64,000 nucleotides of DNA from a virus. Shown here piece after piece: positions 17,551 through 27,732 of the stretch; the stretch's first letter is position 1, and the number at the start of each line of letters is the position of its first letter. Location: the IMG/VR virus record IMGVR_UViG_3300045988_162372; one strand, written 5' to 3'. The notes under the pieces are model-generated. The model was not told the DNA's origin. It worked only from the letters and a program-made list of their open reading frames with translations, and did not search any database. The position numbers were made by a program, and so were the translations under genes.

Positions 17551-18984
17551 ATGGCAATAGTTACACATACTTTTATAAGCAAGTCAAATACCATTATTAA
17601 AGATAGTGTCGCTTCTGTTGGTCTAAATCCTATTCTCGAATTAAATTATGGGAAAATGCTGACAAGAGGACTTATTTATTTTGATCATACCAAAGTTCAG
17701 GAAATGGTAGAAGATAAAATATATCCAGATATCTCCAAATTGAGACATGTATTGAAGATGAAAAATGCAGGTTCAATTGATGATAAACATATAAATAGGA
17801 TATATTTAGATTCTAACGGGGATTACTATAAACAAAGAACATCATCATTTGATTTGATATATTTTCTTATCCCAAATGATTGGGATGAAGGAAAGGGTTT
17901 TGATTATAAACAGGATTTAAATTTAAGAAGCCACAGAGCATATTCATGGCGTGGTTGCAATTGGTATCAATATCAAACATATTGCAAATGGGAAAATGAA
18001 GGTATTTACTCAACGGATAAGCTATCAAAGGAACTTGATTTGTTTACATCAAAAAACGGCAATCAATCTAATATTATTATAGGATATCAGCATTTTGACA
18101 AAGGAAACGAGTCAATAGAATTTGATATAACGGAAACCTTCAATAAGTTTATTACAGGTGAATTGTGTAATTATGGTATTGGTATTGCATTTTCACCACA
18201 ATATGAAAATAAGAATACTGAATTAACACAATATGTAGGTTTCTTTACATCCCATACACATAGTTTCTTTGAACCCTATGTGGAAACAACTTACAATGAA
18301 ACGATAGAAGATGATAGAGCGGACTTTTATCTTGATAAATCTAATAAACTATATTTTTATTCCATTGTAGGGGGAAAATATGCCAATCTGGACGAGTTTC
18401 CAACGTGCATGGTAAATGACACTTCATATGAAGTAAAACAGGCTACAAAAGGCGTTTATTACATTGATATAGAAGTTCCAAGTTCGTCTTGTGAAGACAA
18501 TACAATGCTATATGATGTTTGGAGTAACATTAAATACAAAGGAAAATCATTTCCAAATGTTGAATTGGAATTTGTAACAAAATCATCAAATGATTATTAT
18601 CAGTTCGGTATTCCATCCTCAAAGCAAGAAACAGAGTTAATCCCAACTCTTTACGGAATTAAATATAAGGAAGTCATAAAGAGGGGCGATATAAGAAAGA
18701 TTAATGTGGATTGCAGAATACCTTACACTACAGACCAAGACAGGAATAATAATTACATTGAATATAGGCTATATATATTATCAGGTGAAAAACAAATTGA
18801 CGTAATTGATTGGCAAAAAGTAGAAAAAGGGTATAATGAAAACTACTTTTTTATAAACACGAATGAATTATTACCATCACGTTACTATATTGATATTAGA
18901 ATAAACGTAAATATGGAATTATTCAATTACCAAAAAGTATTGGAATTTGATATAGCTGATAATATTACTGAATACTATAAATGA
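17551..18984 (+). CDS. Hypothetical structural protein (477 aa)
   Basis: Long ORF in the tail/baseplate neighbourhood. No motif recognised. Confidence 0.55.
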   Translation: MAIVTHTFISKSNTIIKDSVASVGLNPILELNYGKMLTRGLIYFDHTKVQEMVEDKIYPDISKLRHVLKMKNAGSIDDKHINRIYLDSNGDYYKQRTSSFDLIYFLIPNDWDEGKGFDYKQDLNLRSHRAYSWRGCNWYQYQTYCKWENEGIYSTDKLSKELDLFTSKNGNQSNIIIGYQHFDKGNESIEFDITETFNKFITGELCNYGIGIAFSPQYENKNTELTQYVGFFTSHTHSFFEPYVETTYNETIEDDRADFYLDKSNKLYFYSIVGGKYANLDEFPTCMVNDTSYEVKQATKGVYYIDIEVPSSSCEDNTMLYDVWSNIKYKGKSFPNVELEFVTKSSNDYYQFGIPSSKQETELIPTLYGIKYKEVIKRGDIRKINVDCRIPYTTDQDRNNNYIEYRLYILSGEKQIDVIDWQKVEKGYNENYFFINTNELLPSRYYIDIRINVNMELFNYQKVLEFDIADNITEYYK

Positions 18985-18999
18985 TTTACAATTTTTTGT

Positions 19000-19812
19000 A
19001 TGGCAAGAAAAAAGAATTTAAAAGGAATTTCCCAAGAGGAAATGGACATCATCACCGATAAGATGAATAGTTCTTTAATAAATAAAGAAAATCTTTATAC
19101 AATGATAACAAATGCATTGAATTATAAAATTGCAATCAAATGCAAAAATGAAAAACAGAAATCTTTTGTGAAATCAATGAAAGACGATAATAAAGAAATT
19201 TGTTTTGGTGTCGGATCACCAGGAACTGGTAAAACATATCTTTCGTTGGCCACAGCATTACAATTATTAAAGGACGAAAAAACACCTTATAAATCAATAG
19301 TTGTCTTCATACCTTGCTTGGAAAGTGTTACAGCATTGAAAATGGGGTTTTTGAAAGGAAATTTGGATGATAAGACTGAGGCTTACAAACAAAATACTAT
19401 AAACAATATTATAAAAATACTTGAAAATTCAGGTAATACAAACGCAAAAGAAATAACATCTTTTCTAATAGGACAAAATCTGATAAGATTTGAATTTATA
19501 AATTTTGTCAAAGGAAAAACATTTGAGAATTGTATCTGTGTAATGGAAGAAGCTGAAGATTATACAAAAGAAGATATGTTACTTTTGTTGACACGTAAAG
19601 GTGGAAAAACCTGCAAGATGTTCATCAGTGGAGATGATAAACAAACTTCAAGAAATGACATTAAAAATAAAAAAGAAATAACAGGTTTAAGGTTTGCTGC
19701 AAATGTTCTTAATACAATGAAAGAAGTTGCAGTTACGGAGTTTATTCCAGAAGATATAGTGAGAGATCCATTACTTACAGAAATAATCAAGAGATTTGAA
19801 GAAAATTATTAA
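19000..19812 (+). CDS. phoH: PhoH-like ATPase
   Basis: Walker A GVGSPGTGKTYLSLATAL, Walker B CVMEEAEDYT, then FISGDDKQTS (PhoH GD..Q.D signature). Confidence 0.85.
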   Translation: MARKKNLKGISQEEMDIITDKMNSSLINKENLYTMITNALNYKIAIKCKNEKQKSFVKSMKDDNKEICFGVGSPGTGKTYLSLATALQLLKDEKTPYKSIVVFIPCLESVTALKMGFLKGNLDDKTEAYKQNTINNIIKILENSGNTNAKEITSFLIGQNLIRFEFINFVKGKTFENCICVMEEAEDYTKEDMLLLLTRKGGKTCKMFISGDDKQTSRNDIKNKKEITGLRFAANVLNTMKEVAVTEFIPEDIVRDPLLTEIIKRFEENY

Positions 19813-19818
19813 AACATA

Positions 19819-19854
19819 AATAATGGTCACATTTAATCAATTGTGACCATTATT
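19819..19854. terminator. Bidirectional hairpin between convergent genes
   Basis: 13-bp stem AATAATGGTCACA / TGTGACCATTATT with a 10-nt loop. Confidence 0.7.
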
Positions 19855-19927
19855 AGTTAAATCATATTCATATACCATATTTTCGCCTTTATGTACCTCT
19901 TTTGCTTTTTCTATAAAAATTTCTCGT

Positions 19928-21625
19928 TTATCTTTCATTTCTTATCCAAACATATTTTAATAATCCGCAATCCCATATTCTATCATATCCTAACTGTCTT
20001 GCCATTTCCCATTCGGTTAATTTCTTATCTAGGCCATATTTTTTTATCATATTATTTTTTGATAAGATCATTTTATGAATTCGTTTATTTCCATGAATAT
20101 GAGAATTATAATATTTATAGTCAGGCTTTAATATTTTTGATAAATGAAAACCTATATGTGTATATAAATTATCATTTTCATCAACAGTCCATCTTCTATC
20201 AGCAAAAGAAGTTATCATATTAGAATTGTAATTCTTAATAAAGTAAGAGAATAATTTTCCACCGATACCAACACAATGATAATTGTAATTAGTTGCAAAT
20301 CTATTTAATTCCCATTCTTTGATTTTAACACTTCCATGTTTAAAAGTCATCACCCCAATTAATTCATTATTGTAATAACACCCAAGATATACTGTTGACG
20401 GAGCAAATCCTTGAATGTGATATTTGTTTAGGAATTCTTCAGCCTGATATTTATATATTTCTTTAACCGTACATTTACGAGCATATATTTTATTAACAGA
20501 GTGATTTATATGTAAAATATGTGCTATTTTACTCATAACAATATCGTGTTTTTCGATAAATTCATCATCAAAAATTTGAATTAATTTTATACCTTGTGCA
20601 TTACATTCATTTAATTTATTTAAATGATAATTTTTATCCTTACCAAATCTTTCACAATGCCAATATAAACCGTTATACTCAATAGCAACTCTTTTTTCTG
20701 GAACATATATATCAATTTCTCTTCCATTCAATATACCTCTATCTTTATGACATTCTAAATTATTATTATTAATAAAACTAATAATTTCTTTTTCAGCAGC
20801 AGAAGTATATTTTTCAATACCTTTTTCGCTTAATACTAAATTATTCTTTTGTGCTATTGCTCGAAATTTAGACAGTGTATCGGCACACATTATACCTTCT
20901 TTGCCATATCTTAAAATATATTCTTCTTTTGTAATTCCATGAAATTTCAGATGGGCATTACTTATCTTTGTTAGTTTTTTCCCACATATTTTACAAGTAA
21001 TAAATTTATTAGCATCATCCTCCATTTGCCTATTTTTAATAGGATTGGCAATTTGAAAATATTTTTTTTCTTCTGGAAAATTTTTAATGTAATCAAATTT
21101 AGATATATTGTGAACACTTTTTAGATGTTGCTCAAAAGCACCACTTTTGTTTTCAACATCACTTGTAACCCATTCACAAAATGGACATTTCTTAACAGGC
21201 TTATTTTCTACTTTTCTATACGACAACCATTGTTCCCACCAATAATTACCAGTTTTCATATAATACATTCTTCTATCATACAATGTTGGTATTTCAACAT
21301 TGTATTGTTTTTTAATATAAGACGTTAAAACACCGCCATTATTATTAATGTCACAAGATTTGAATTCTGTATTTTTATCAAAAACTTCATAATGGTAATC
21401 ATTAGTATCAATATACTTTTTTATATGATAATCCTTAACCACAAATGCATCATTATTATTTTGTCCACCTCTTTTTTTAAATTGAATACCATTCTGAGAA
21501 AGTATTTGTTTAATTCTAAGTTTCCCCACATGATATTTAAGGGCTAAGGTTTCAATACCAATTTTACTATTAAGATATTCATCACAAATAATCTTTTCAT
21601 CAAGTATAGCTTTTGTTTTCGACAT
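19928..21625 (-). CDS. Free-standing homing endonuclease-like protein (HTH + two zinc-finger-like motifs + Vsr/PD-(D/E)xK-like core + C-terminal domain)
   Basis: GREIDIYVPEKRVAIEYNGLYWH...KLIQIFDDEF (Vsr/DUF559-like). CPFCEW...HLKSVH and CKICGK...HLKFH fingers. C-terminus GYDRIWDCGLLKYVW. I prefer the start at MSKTK (ATG 21625) over the track start 21724, because a TATCTTTG box lies at 21653-21660. Confidence 0.7.
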   Translation of the reverse strand: MSKTKAILDEKIICDEYLNSKIGIETLALKYHVGKLRIKQILSQNGIQFKKRGGQNNNDAFVVKDYHIKKYIDTNDYHYEVFDKNTEFKSCDINNNGGVLTSYIKKQYNVEIPTLYDRRMYYMKTGNYWWEQWLSYRKVENKPVKKCPFCEWVTSDVENKSGAFEQHLKSVHNISKFDYIKNFPEEKKYFQIANPIKNRQMEDDANKFITCKICGKKLTKISNAHLKFHGITKEEYILRYGKEGIMCADTLSKFRAIAQKNNLVLSEKGIEKYTSAAEKEIISFINNNNLECHKDRGILNGREIDIYVPEKRVAIEYNGLYWHCERFGKDKNYHLNKLNECNAQGIKLIQIFDDEFIEKHDIVMSKIAHILHINHSVNKIYARKCTVKEIYKYQAEEFLNKYHIQGFAPSTVYLGCYYNNELIGVMTFKHGSVKIKEWELNRFATNYNYHCVGIGGKLFSYFIKNYNSNMITSFADRRWTVDENDNLYTHIGFHLSKILKPDYKYYNSHIHGNKRIHKMILSKNNMIKKYGLDKKLTEWEMARQLGYDRIWDCGLLKYVWIRNER

Positions 21626-21652
21626 ATCTAATACATTTTTAATTTTACAATG

Positions 21653-21660
21653 CAAAGATA
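21653..21660 (-). promoter_or_regulatory. Bacteroidota-type -7 box TATCTTTG for the endonuclease gene
   Basis: The reverse complement of caaagata reads AGTATCTTTGCATTG, about 28 nt upstream of ATG 21625. Confidence 0.55.
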
Positions 21661-21726
21661 CTATTTTTATACCAAACATACAAATGAAAACCCATTTATT
21701 TTCGTTAAAAAAATATATAAACAAAA

Positions 21727-21755
21727 ATGAAAGGATTATAAAATAATCCTTTCAT
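21727..21755 (-). terminator. Rho-independent terminator after the major capsid gene
   Basis: 12-bp stem ATGAAAGGATTA / TAATCCTTTCAT with a 5-nt loop, followed by a T-rich tail on the minus strand. Confidence 0.75.
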
Positions 21756-21787
21756 CAATATAATTATTATATGTAATAGTCTGATTA

Positions 21788-23680
21788 TTAACGTAATTCG
21801 TTAATATTCCAATACGTTAAACCATCTACCTTAATAGCACCATAGTATTTGTTATTAACAAGTTTCTTTGCGTAACGTGTCACAATTCCTTTTACAGGTG
21901 CAAAGTTGAAGGGGTTATACATTGTTGGGGTTAATGCCATAGGCACATAAGGTGCATAGATATAGCCAGTGTCAAGCAACGAAGTACCGTGGTGTCCCAT
22001 AATCAAGCTCCAATGAGGTGCATACGGGTCAACAATTACTTGATAACGTCCTTGAAGTGCGCCAATCTTTTCGATACCCATGTTATACTGCATACTTTCA
22101 GCACTTGCATCTGTTACGTGGAAATATTCCAAGTCATTCAACACAGCAGAAATTTCAGCAGAAACTACAATAAACGAAGCACCACCACGAAGTGTAGATT
22201 TTTGGATTTGAGCAGAAATCTTATTGATTTGTGTCATAAGAGTCTGGTTCCAGTCTTTCTGTGTATAGACAGTTGAAGGAGTACCAATTCTTTGCCATCC
22301 ATTGTAATCCCAACGTAATTGCCAAGCAGCGGCCTTACGAATATCTCTTAAAATTTCACGGTCAATCTCGGCAGCAATCTGTTCAGAGAGAATTGCAGTC
22401 AATTCTGCTTCTGCATCTATATTATGGAAAGCACTCACATCCTGTGCAAGTTCAGGAGACCAAGTAGCACGAAGCTTTCTTTCCTCAACCGATACAGATA
22501 CGGAAGTAAGTTGGAACGAAACTTCACCCATATCAGTTTCCAATTCAAGGCTATCATACTGTGCCCAAGCAATCTTGAACAAATCATCAGGCTGTTTGTC
22601 AGCTAATTGTGTAGGATCTACACCAATATAACCGAGCATTGTCTGACCCTGTTTTTTAGCAGGTTTAGTTAAATCAAGTTCAATATAAAGCTTACCATTA
22701 GCATCACAAATGTTCTGATAATCCACCATTTGTGTACCATACTTCTGTGTCATAACACGGAAAGGAATTGATTCATTAGCAGCAAATGAAGTGAAATCAT
22801 CACCGCCGTCAATAGCTTCTTTAGTAATAACTTTCAATGAAGCAAGGAAAGCTTCAGTATCCATTTCATTACCATCTGGGCCAGTCAAACGACCTGCATT
22901 GTAAGAACTGAAACCAGTTACTTCAAGCAGTAACGAACTAATAGAACCGTTAGAATCTGTAGGATAATCATCCAAATCAGCAGCTACATAATCACCGTTA
23001 GGTGCAAGCATAACCACTGTTGAATTCCCAACACGGATAGTAACTTTACCTTTTGAATTATCAAACAAGAAGTCATTATAGAACAAATCATAAAGAGATT
23101 TCTTCATGTATTTTGTGACTTCAGGTTTCTGCACCATTGTGCCAGTACCATCATCTTCCCAAGCAGGTTTTACAACCTCATCAGGCAAGTAATACTGATT
23201 CTTGGTTTCCCAAGTTCTTTCATCATTGGCATCAAATGCCTGGCCATTGTAGAAACGGTTTTGAGCTTTATAACCCATCAAGCCTACATGCTTACCAGTA
23301 TCACCATTAGAAATCTGACCGTCTTCCGCATAAGTCCATTCTCTTTCAGATGTTACGGGTTTAATGAAGAACAATTTACCGATAGGTAAGTTCATAGCTT
23401 GTACTGATACAATGTCATTAGCAAGCAATTTAGAGAATACACGTCTGATAAGAGGGAATACGACTGTTTCAAACGAACCAGAGTTATCAGAACCAGTAGC
23501 TTCATAAATAAGGTGCTTTGCGTTGTTTTCATAAAGGGTTGCAATTGTTTCCTTTACATGTCCTTGCAAGCCTTCCAACAGATGAAGCTTTTCCCATCTT
23601 TCCTGTATATCTTGTCTAATTTTTTTCTGTGCATTAAGTTCAATTGAACCAACTGCTCCACTATTTAATAGTTCTCGCAT
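21788..23680 (-). CDS. Major capsid protein, T4 gp23-like
   Basis: IRRVFSKLLANDIVSVQAMNLPIGKLFF, RKLRATWSPELAQDVSAFHNIDAEAELTAILSEQIAAEIDREI and GYIYAPYVPMALTP...FAPVKGIVTRYA all parallel remembered T4 gp23 segments. Confidence 0.9.
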   Translation of the reverse strand: MRELLNSGAVGSIELNAQKKIRQDIQERWEKLHLLEGLQGHVKETIATLYENNAKHLIYEATGSDNSGSFETVVFPLIRRVFSKLLANDIVSVQAMNLPIGKLFFIKPVTSEREWTYAEDGQISNGDTGKHVGLMGYKAQNRFYNGQAFDANDERTWETKNQYYLPDEVVKPAWEDDGTGTMVQKPEVTKYMKKSLYDLFYNDFLFDNSKGKVTIRVGNSTVVMLAPNGDYVAADLDDYPTDSNGSISSLLLEVTGFSSYNAGRLTGPDGNEMDTEAFLASLKVITKEAIDGGDDFTSFAANESIPFRVMTQKYGTQMVDYQNICDANGKLYIELDLTKPAKKQGQTMLGYIGVDPTQLADKQPDDLFKIAWAQYDSLELETDMGEVSFQLTSVSVSVEERKLRATWSPELAQDVSAFHNIDAEAELTAILSEQIAAEIDREILRDIRKAAAWQLRWDYNGWQRIGTPSTVYTQKDWNQTLMTQINKISAQIQKSTLRGGASFIVVSAEISAVLNDLEYFHVTDASAESMQYNMGIEKIGALQGRYQVIVDPYAPHWSLIMGHHGTSLLDTGYIYAPYVPMALTPTMYNPFNFAPVKGIVTRYAKKLVNNKYYGAIKVDGLTYWNINELR

Positions 23681-23718
23681 ATGTAATAATCTTTAATTGT
23701 TACAATTATTATTTAATT

Positions 23719-23726
23719 ATAAATAT
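23719..23726 (-). promoter_or_regulatory. Late-gene upstream element (sense GATATTTATAATTAAATAA) before the MCP gene
   Basis: One of about 22 gene-oriented (A/C)TATTTAT sites. The extended 17-nt version is shared with sites at 12372, 25265 and 35634. Confidence 0.5.
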
Positions 23727-23744
23727 CTACTAGAATTGAATAAT

Positions 23745-25232
23745 TTATTTTTTCTTGGTATTTTTGTCCAAAGCATCCAATCTAGCCATGAGTGATATTG
23801 TTTCTTGCAAATCTTCAGACTGATACATTTTTGTTTCAACAACAGGTTTTGTTGCGTTATTAGTCTTAGATTCAGACAACTGCTTATCAAGCAAATTATT
23901 AATTTTGGCGACTCTATCAGGATTTTTCAACTCAGTGTCAATAGCTGTGAATGTATCTTTTGCTTCCTGCAATGTTCTTACATTGTTGAACTTATTAATA
24001 ATACTCATTTTTTCTTCTTTTGAAGTTGAGTTCTCTGTTACAAGTTTGATGATTCTACTTAAGTTGTAATTAGCAACGATAGCTTCATTAATCTTGTTCT
24101 TAAGTTCTTCAACAATGCCTTTTAACTGTTTGTTTTCAGCAAAAATTTGATTTGCTTGACGCTTGATAGATTCCATTTGTTCACCACTGTAACGAGGTTT
24201 TTGCGTACTTGTATATTCTCCGCCTTTGCTTTGATTTCTTGCAGCACGTCCATTAGAATTAGGAACGTGTGATTTTGCTGTTGAATTCTGATTAGCAAAT
24301 CCTCCTACATTTGTGGCTTCTTCCACATTGTCATCAAATTCAATTTCAAATTCATCACTTTCGTTTACATTTTCTTCAAACGGATTCATTTCACTGCCTG
24401 CTTTACCGTAAGGTTTTTCAGTTCCAGTAGGAACTCCACCATCCATAGAGTAAGTTTCGCTTGATTTAGCAGGTTCATTGTTAGATGGTGTTGTCATAGC
24501 AGTTTTTTTCTGATAATCAGTTGTATAACCAGTTTCCTCATTTACTTTTCCGCATCCTTCATCGCAAGTGCAATTCTCTTTGTTTTTACCACAACTAGGA
24601 CATTTGTCATCAGACTCATTGCAACCTTCACCACATTGGCTTTCATCAGTGGCAGTCGCAGAAATATCAACGGAATCGCTATCGTTGTCAGTGGTATCTA
24701 CATTAACAACATATTGCTTATCCGTGTCATCATCATTGATAACAATTGTGCCTTGTGCATCATCTTTGAATACTCTTACACTATTAGCAGGGTCTTGTGC
24801 GACAAGTTTAAGAACTTTAACAACATTATCCTTATCCATATTACGCAAGTCAAATTCACCCGTTTCATCCTTGTATTGTTCAAGGTCTCCCCACATATCA
24901 TCGGTTTCATCTCCACCGTCTTCTAATTCACTTGTAGTTTCAACATCGTCTTTGACAGCAGGTAAATCATCACCAGTTTCGTCGCCAGACGTTGCAGAAT
25001 CATCAGTGCTTTCCTTGTCATCGTCGGGGGTAGGGACATCATCGACTTCTTCCTCTTCGTATGAATCATCATCTTCGTCAGCTTCTGAGATAAGTTTGCG
25101 AAGGTTTTTGTTAACCTCTTCGCTTACAATATCTTTCAAACTCTCGTTAGCCATTTCATCTAGCTTTTTCTTCAAAGTATCTTTTTCACTAACAAGATTT
25201 TTAATATATTCGCTTCTTATTTTATTATCCAT
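23745..25232 (-). CDS. Prohead scaffold protein (acidic, gp22-like by position)
   Basis: Very acidic low-complexity centre with coiled-coil ends. Sits between the protease and the MCP, as T4 gene 22 does. Confidence 0.6.
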   Translation of the reverse strand: MDNKIRSEYIKNLVSEKDTLKKKLDEMANESLKDIVSEEVNKNLRKLISEADEDDDSYEEEEVDDVPTPDDDKESTDDSATSGDETGDDLPAVKDDVETTSELEDGGDETDDMWGDLEQYKDETGEFDLRNMDKDNVVKVLKLVAQDPANSVRVFKDDAQGTIVINDDDTDKQYVVNVDTTDNDSDSVDISATATDESQCGEGCNESDDKCPSCGKNKENCTCDEGCGKVNEETGYTTDYQKKTAMTTPSNNEPAKSSETYSMDGGVPTGTEKPYGKAGSEMNPFEENVNESDEFEIEFDDNVEEATNVGGFANQNSTAKSHVPNSNGRAARNQSKGGEYTSTQKPRYSGEQMESIKRQANQIFAENKQLKGIVEELKNKINEAIVANYNLSRIIKLVTENSTSKEEKMSIINKFNNVRTLQEAKDTFTAIDTELKNPDRVAKINNLLDKQLSESKTNNATKPVVETKMYQSEDLQETISLMARLDALDKNTKKK

Positions 25233-25264
25233 TAGAAAATATATTTTCTGTTAATTATTTAATT

Positions 25265-25272
25265 ATAAATAT
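25265..25272 (-). promoter_or_regulatory. Late-gene upstream element before the scaffold gene
   Basis: Sense AATATTTATAATTAAATAATT, 33 nt upstream of the ATG. Confidence 0.5.
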
Positions 25273-25385
25273 TTTTCAGATTTAGAATGTATGCTCATTC
25301 CATATAAATAAATATGGTTTTAAACACAATAATTAATTATAATTTGCTACTGAAAATAATAATAGACATATCAAGACATAAAAAT

Positions 25386-25422
25386 AGTCCGTAAACAAGT
25401 AATACACACTCACTTACGGACT
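25386..25422 (-). terminator. Hairpin terminator after the protease gene
   Basis: 9-bp stem AGTCCGTAA / TTACGGACT with a 19-nt loop, followed by ATTTTTAT on the minus strand. Confidence 0.55.
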
Positions 25423-25449
25423 AAATATATAATTGAATATTTCTAATTC

Positions 25450-26172
25450 TTAGAGCATTAATATTTTTTCTATTACATCAAGTTTAGTGTTTTCATATAA
25501 TGTAGACTTGCCTTTTTTTGTCTCATCATTCTCCATATATTGTTGCAATTCTTGGCGATTTGATTTAATATTTGCTCCAGGGGTACTTGGTTCTATCACC
25601 ACATCCCAACAGACTATTTCATAATCTTCACCAACAACAAAAGTTCCAAATTTTTGTTCAACACTTCCAACTCCACGAGATGAAACGCCAATTAGATAAC
25701 CAGATAACAACATATTTGCGACTAAATCTCCACTTGTAGAACAAACCCCATATTTAATATATCCTGGTGATAGATGTAGTTCCATCTCACCTATTAATGT
25801 ATGACCTTGCCATTCTAAGCTTAAAATATTATGAGCTATGTCATGTCCTGAAAGTGCGGAACTAGAAGGATGGTCTAGGCTGCCTAATGCATTATGATTC
25901 AATATTTTATCTTGGTATTTTTCAACTTCTCTTTTCAAAACATCTTCTGGATATATACGTCCATTAGCATTTTTGATGCCATATTTTTGGAATACAGCCG
26001 ATACAACAAAGTGTTCTGGAATTACAAATTTATGATTATTATTTATATCTTCATGTATCTGTTTAATTATATCCGTATCCCTGTTAATATGACCATCATG
26101 CTCAATAAGTAAACCTGTACCAGTTTGCCCTTTCTTTACTTCTGTAAGCTGTTCAAAATTAACATTATTCAT
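25450..26172 (-). CDS. Prohead core serine protease, T4 gp21-like (S77 family)
   Basis: NANGRIYPEDVLKREVEKY, ALGSLDHP, GVSSRGVGSV and DVVIEPSTPGAN parallel T4 gp21 NRNKRLYPKRILEKAVKDY, ALGELNHP, GVSSRGLGSL and DAVWGPSAPDAW. Confidence 0.88.
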   Translation of the reverse strand: MNNVNFEQLTEVKKGQTGTGLLIEHDGHINRDTDIIKQIHEDINNNHKFVIPEHFVVSAVFQKYGIKNANGRIYPEDVLKREVEKYQDKILNHNALGSLDHPSSSALSGHDIAHNILSLEWQGHTLIGEMELHLSPGYIKYGVCSTSGDLVANMLLSGYLIGVSSRGVGSVEQKFGTFVVGEDYEIVCWDVVIEPSTPGANIKSNRQELQQYMENDETKKGKSTLYENTKLDVIEKILML

Positions 26173-26214
26173 ATTTCAATCTACTATTTTACAATAAATA
26201 GCATAAATATCTCA

Positions 26215-26640
26215 TTAACTGTAAAACATATTACTTTTTTCTAATAAGTTGGACAAATTATTATTAAATGCATTTACCAATGAAGAAATTTCACATTCAT
26301 AGTCTGAAATATTTTTTAATACAGAAGGTTTAACATACACATCATATTTAAGAAATGACTTTTTATTGTATGTCATACCATTTCCGTTCGTATCAAAATG
26401 ACAGATGTAATTGTTCCCAAATGATTTATTATCAACAATTAATTTTTTTACTGTCCTATTAAATTCATCTTTTATTCCAAGAATATCCTTTGAATAATCA
26501 GATTTCTTTGTTTTTGGAATTATTTTTGTTTTAGCTCTTATATAAATAACTTCTGGAATTTCTTTATTTAAAGAACCATATCTTACTGTGTATTTATCAG
26601 TATTTTGTAGTTTTATTTCTTTCTTACTTCTCTTGTTCAT
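26215..26640 (-). CDS. Hypothetical protein (position of the T4 prohead core genes 67/68)
   Basis: ORF plus synteny only. Confidence 0.45.
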   Translation of the reverse strand: MNKRSKKEIKLQNTDKYTVRYGSLNKEIPEVIYIRAKTKIIPKTKKSDYSKDILGIKDEFNRTVKKLIVDNKSFGNNYICHFDTNGNGMTYNKKSFLKYDVYVKPSVLKNISDYECEISSLVNAFNNNLSNLLEKSNMFYS

Positions 26641-26708
26641 TTAATAGTTAAACATATTAAGTATATTATATATACAATGCAAATATACAACTTTTAACAC
26701 AAATAACA

Positions 26709-26760
26709 AAATGAAACATATATTATTAAATCGTTTTGTTAAATAATACATGTTTCATTT
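26709..26760 (-). terminator. Long hairpin after the 314-aa gene
   Basis: 11-bp outer stem AAATGAAACAT / ATGTTTCATTT with further imperfect inner pairing. Confidence 0.5.
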
Positions 26761-26787
26761 ATGTGTAATTGATATTATCGGTTATTC

Positions 26788-27732
26788 TTAATTTATTGTG
26801 TTTTTAATTTGATATAGTTTGATAATATTATCAATTCCGTCTTCCTCTTTATATTTCATTTCATCTACTTGTTTCATAATATTTCCCCATCTGTTTTTCT
26901 CATCTTCTGTATTTGAATTGGAGAAGGATTCATACAAACAACCTGATACCTCCTTTTTAATTCCGTTGAAAGCATCTTCTGTGTTGTTTCCATATTTAGC
27001 CATATTTTCAATCAAATTACGTTCATTTTCATTCAAACTCTCGTACATTTCTTGAGACTTAGAAACAGCAAAATTAAACATATTATCAATATCTGTTTTA
27101 TTTGAAGCACCTTTTTCGGTATGTTCTTTAAGATAGTTGACTATCACATCTTTGCAAGCTAAACACTCATTCAGGTTATTTAATGCTTTTTTATGTGTTA
27201 AAATATATTCAATGGCTTCATATAATCTTGCATCATCATCTGAAACAACCACTAATTCATTTCCTTTGTATTTGTGAATTATATCAATAAGTTTCTGGTT
27301 ATTTTCGCTAATTTCTTTTTTAGAAAACACAGGGGTTTGTTCCAATACCGAATTCAGATATTCAGTAGCGTCAACATTTTCATTGACAGACTTTAAAGCG
27401 TTATAAACATCAAATTGTTTTTTTAACACCTTGTTTTCTGAAATTAATTTCTTAATTTCATTAATCGCCTTTGCCTTTTTCTTATTCATAAACCATTTAG
27501 GAACGTTGGCTTCAATAATATTATAAGTAAGCCCAAAGTTTTTATTTTCTCTATAAATCATTTCTTGATTACCTGCTTGCATATTGACATATCTCTCTGC
27601 CATATCATACAGTTCATTTGCTTGTTTTCTTTCTTTATCAGCAGCTTCCATATTGCCTTCTGCATATTTCTTTAATGCACCTTGCATCAAAGTGTTTGCC
27701 CTTGTATATAAATCGTGTATATTGTTATCCAT
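26788..27732 (-). CDS. Hypothetical helical protein (head module)
   Basis: ORF plus synteny between the portal and the protease. Confidence 0.5.
   Translation of the reverse strand: MDNNIHDLYTRANTLMQGALKKYAEGNMEAADKERKQANELYDMAERYVNMQAGNQEMIYRENKNFGLTYNIIEANVPKWFMNKKKAKAINEIKKLISENKVLKKQFDVYNALKSVNENVDATEYLNSVLEQTPVFSKKEISENNQKLIDIIHKYKGNELVVVSDDDARLYEAIEYILTHKKALNNLNECLACKDVIVNYLKEHTEKGASNKTDIDNMFNFAVSKSQEMYESLNENERNLIENMAKYGNNTEDAFNGIKKEVSGCLYESFSNSNTEDEKNRWGNIMKQVDEMKYKEEDGIDNIIKLYQIKNTIN

Larger units (their letters stand above)
19855..21726 (-). mobile_element. Putative selfish insert (endonuclease gene plus its own promoter) between the terminators of PhoH and the capsid gene
   Basis: Bounded by the hairpins at 19819-19854 and 21727-21755. 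Carries a host-type promoter unlike the neighbouring late genes. A paralogous remnant is present inside polB. Confidence 0.45.

Noticed and set aside
21626-21724. N-terminal 33-codon extension of the endonuclease ORF, as given by the ORF track
   Set aside because: The extension is hydrophobic junk (MFIYFFNENKWVFICMF...). It overlaps the capsid-gene terminator and contains the TATCTTTG promoter box. MSKTK at 21625 is the sensible start.
24568-25254. 228-aa Ser-rich ORF on the plus strand
   Set aside because: It lies entirely antisense to the acidic scaffold gene. Its Ser/Leu-rich low-complexity sequence is the mirror image of GAA/GAT-rich codons, so it is a shadow ORF.
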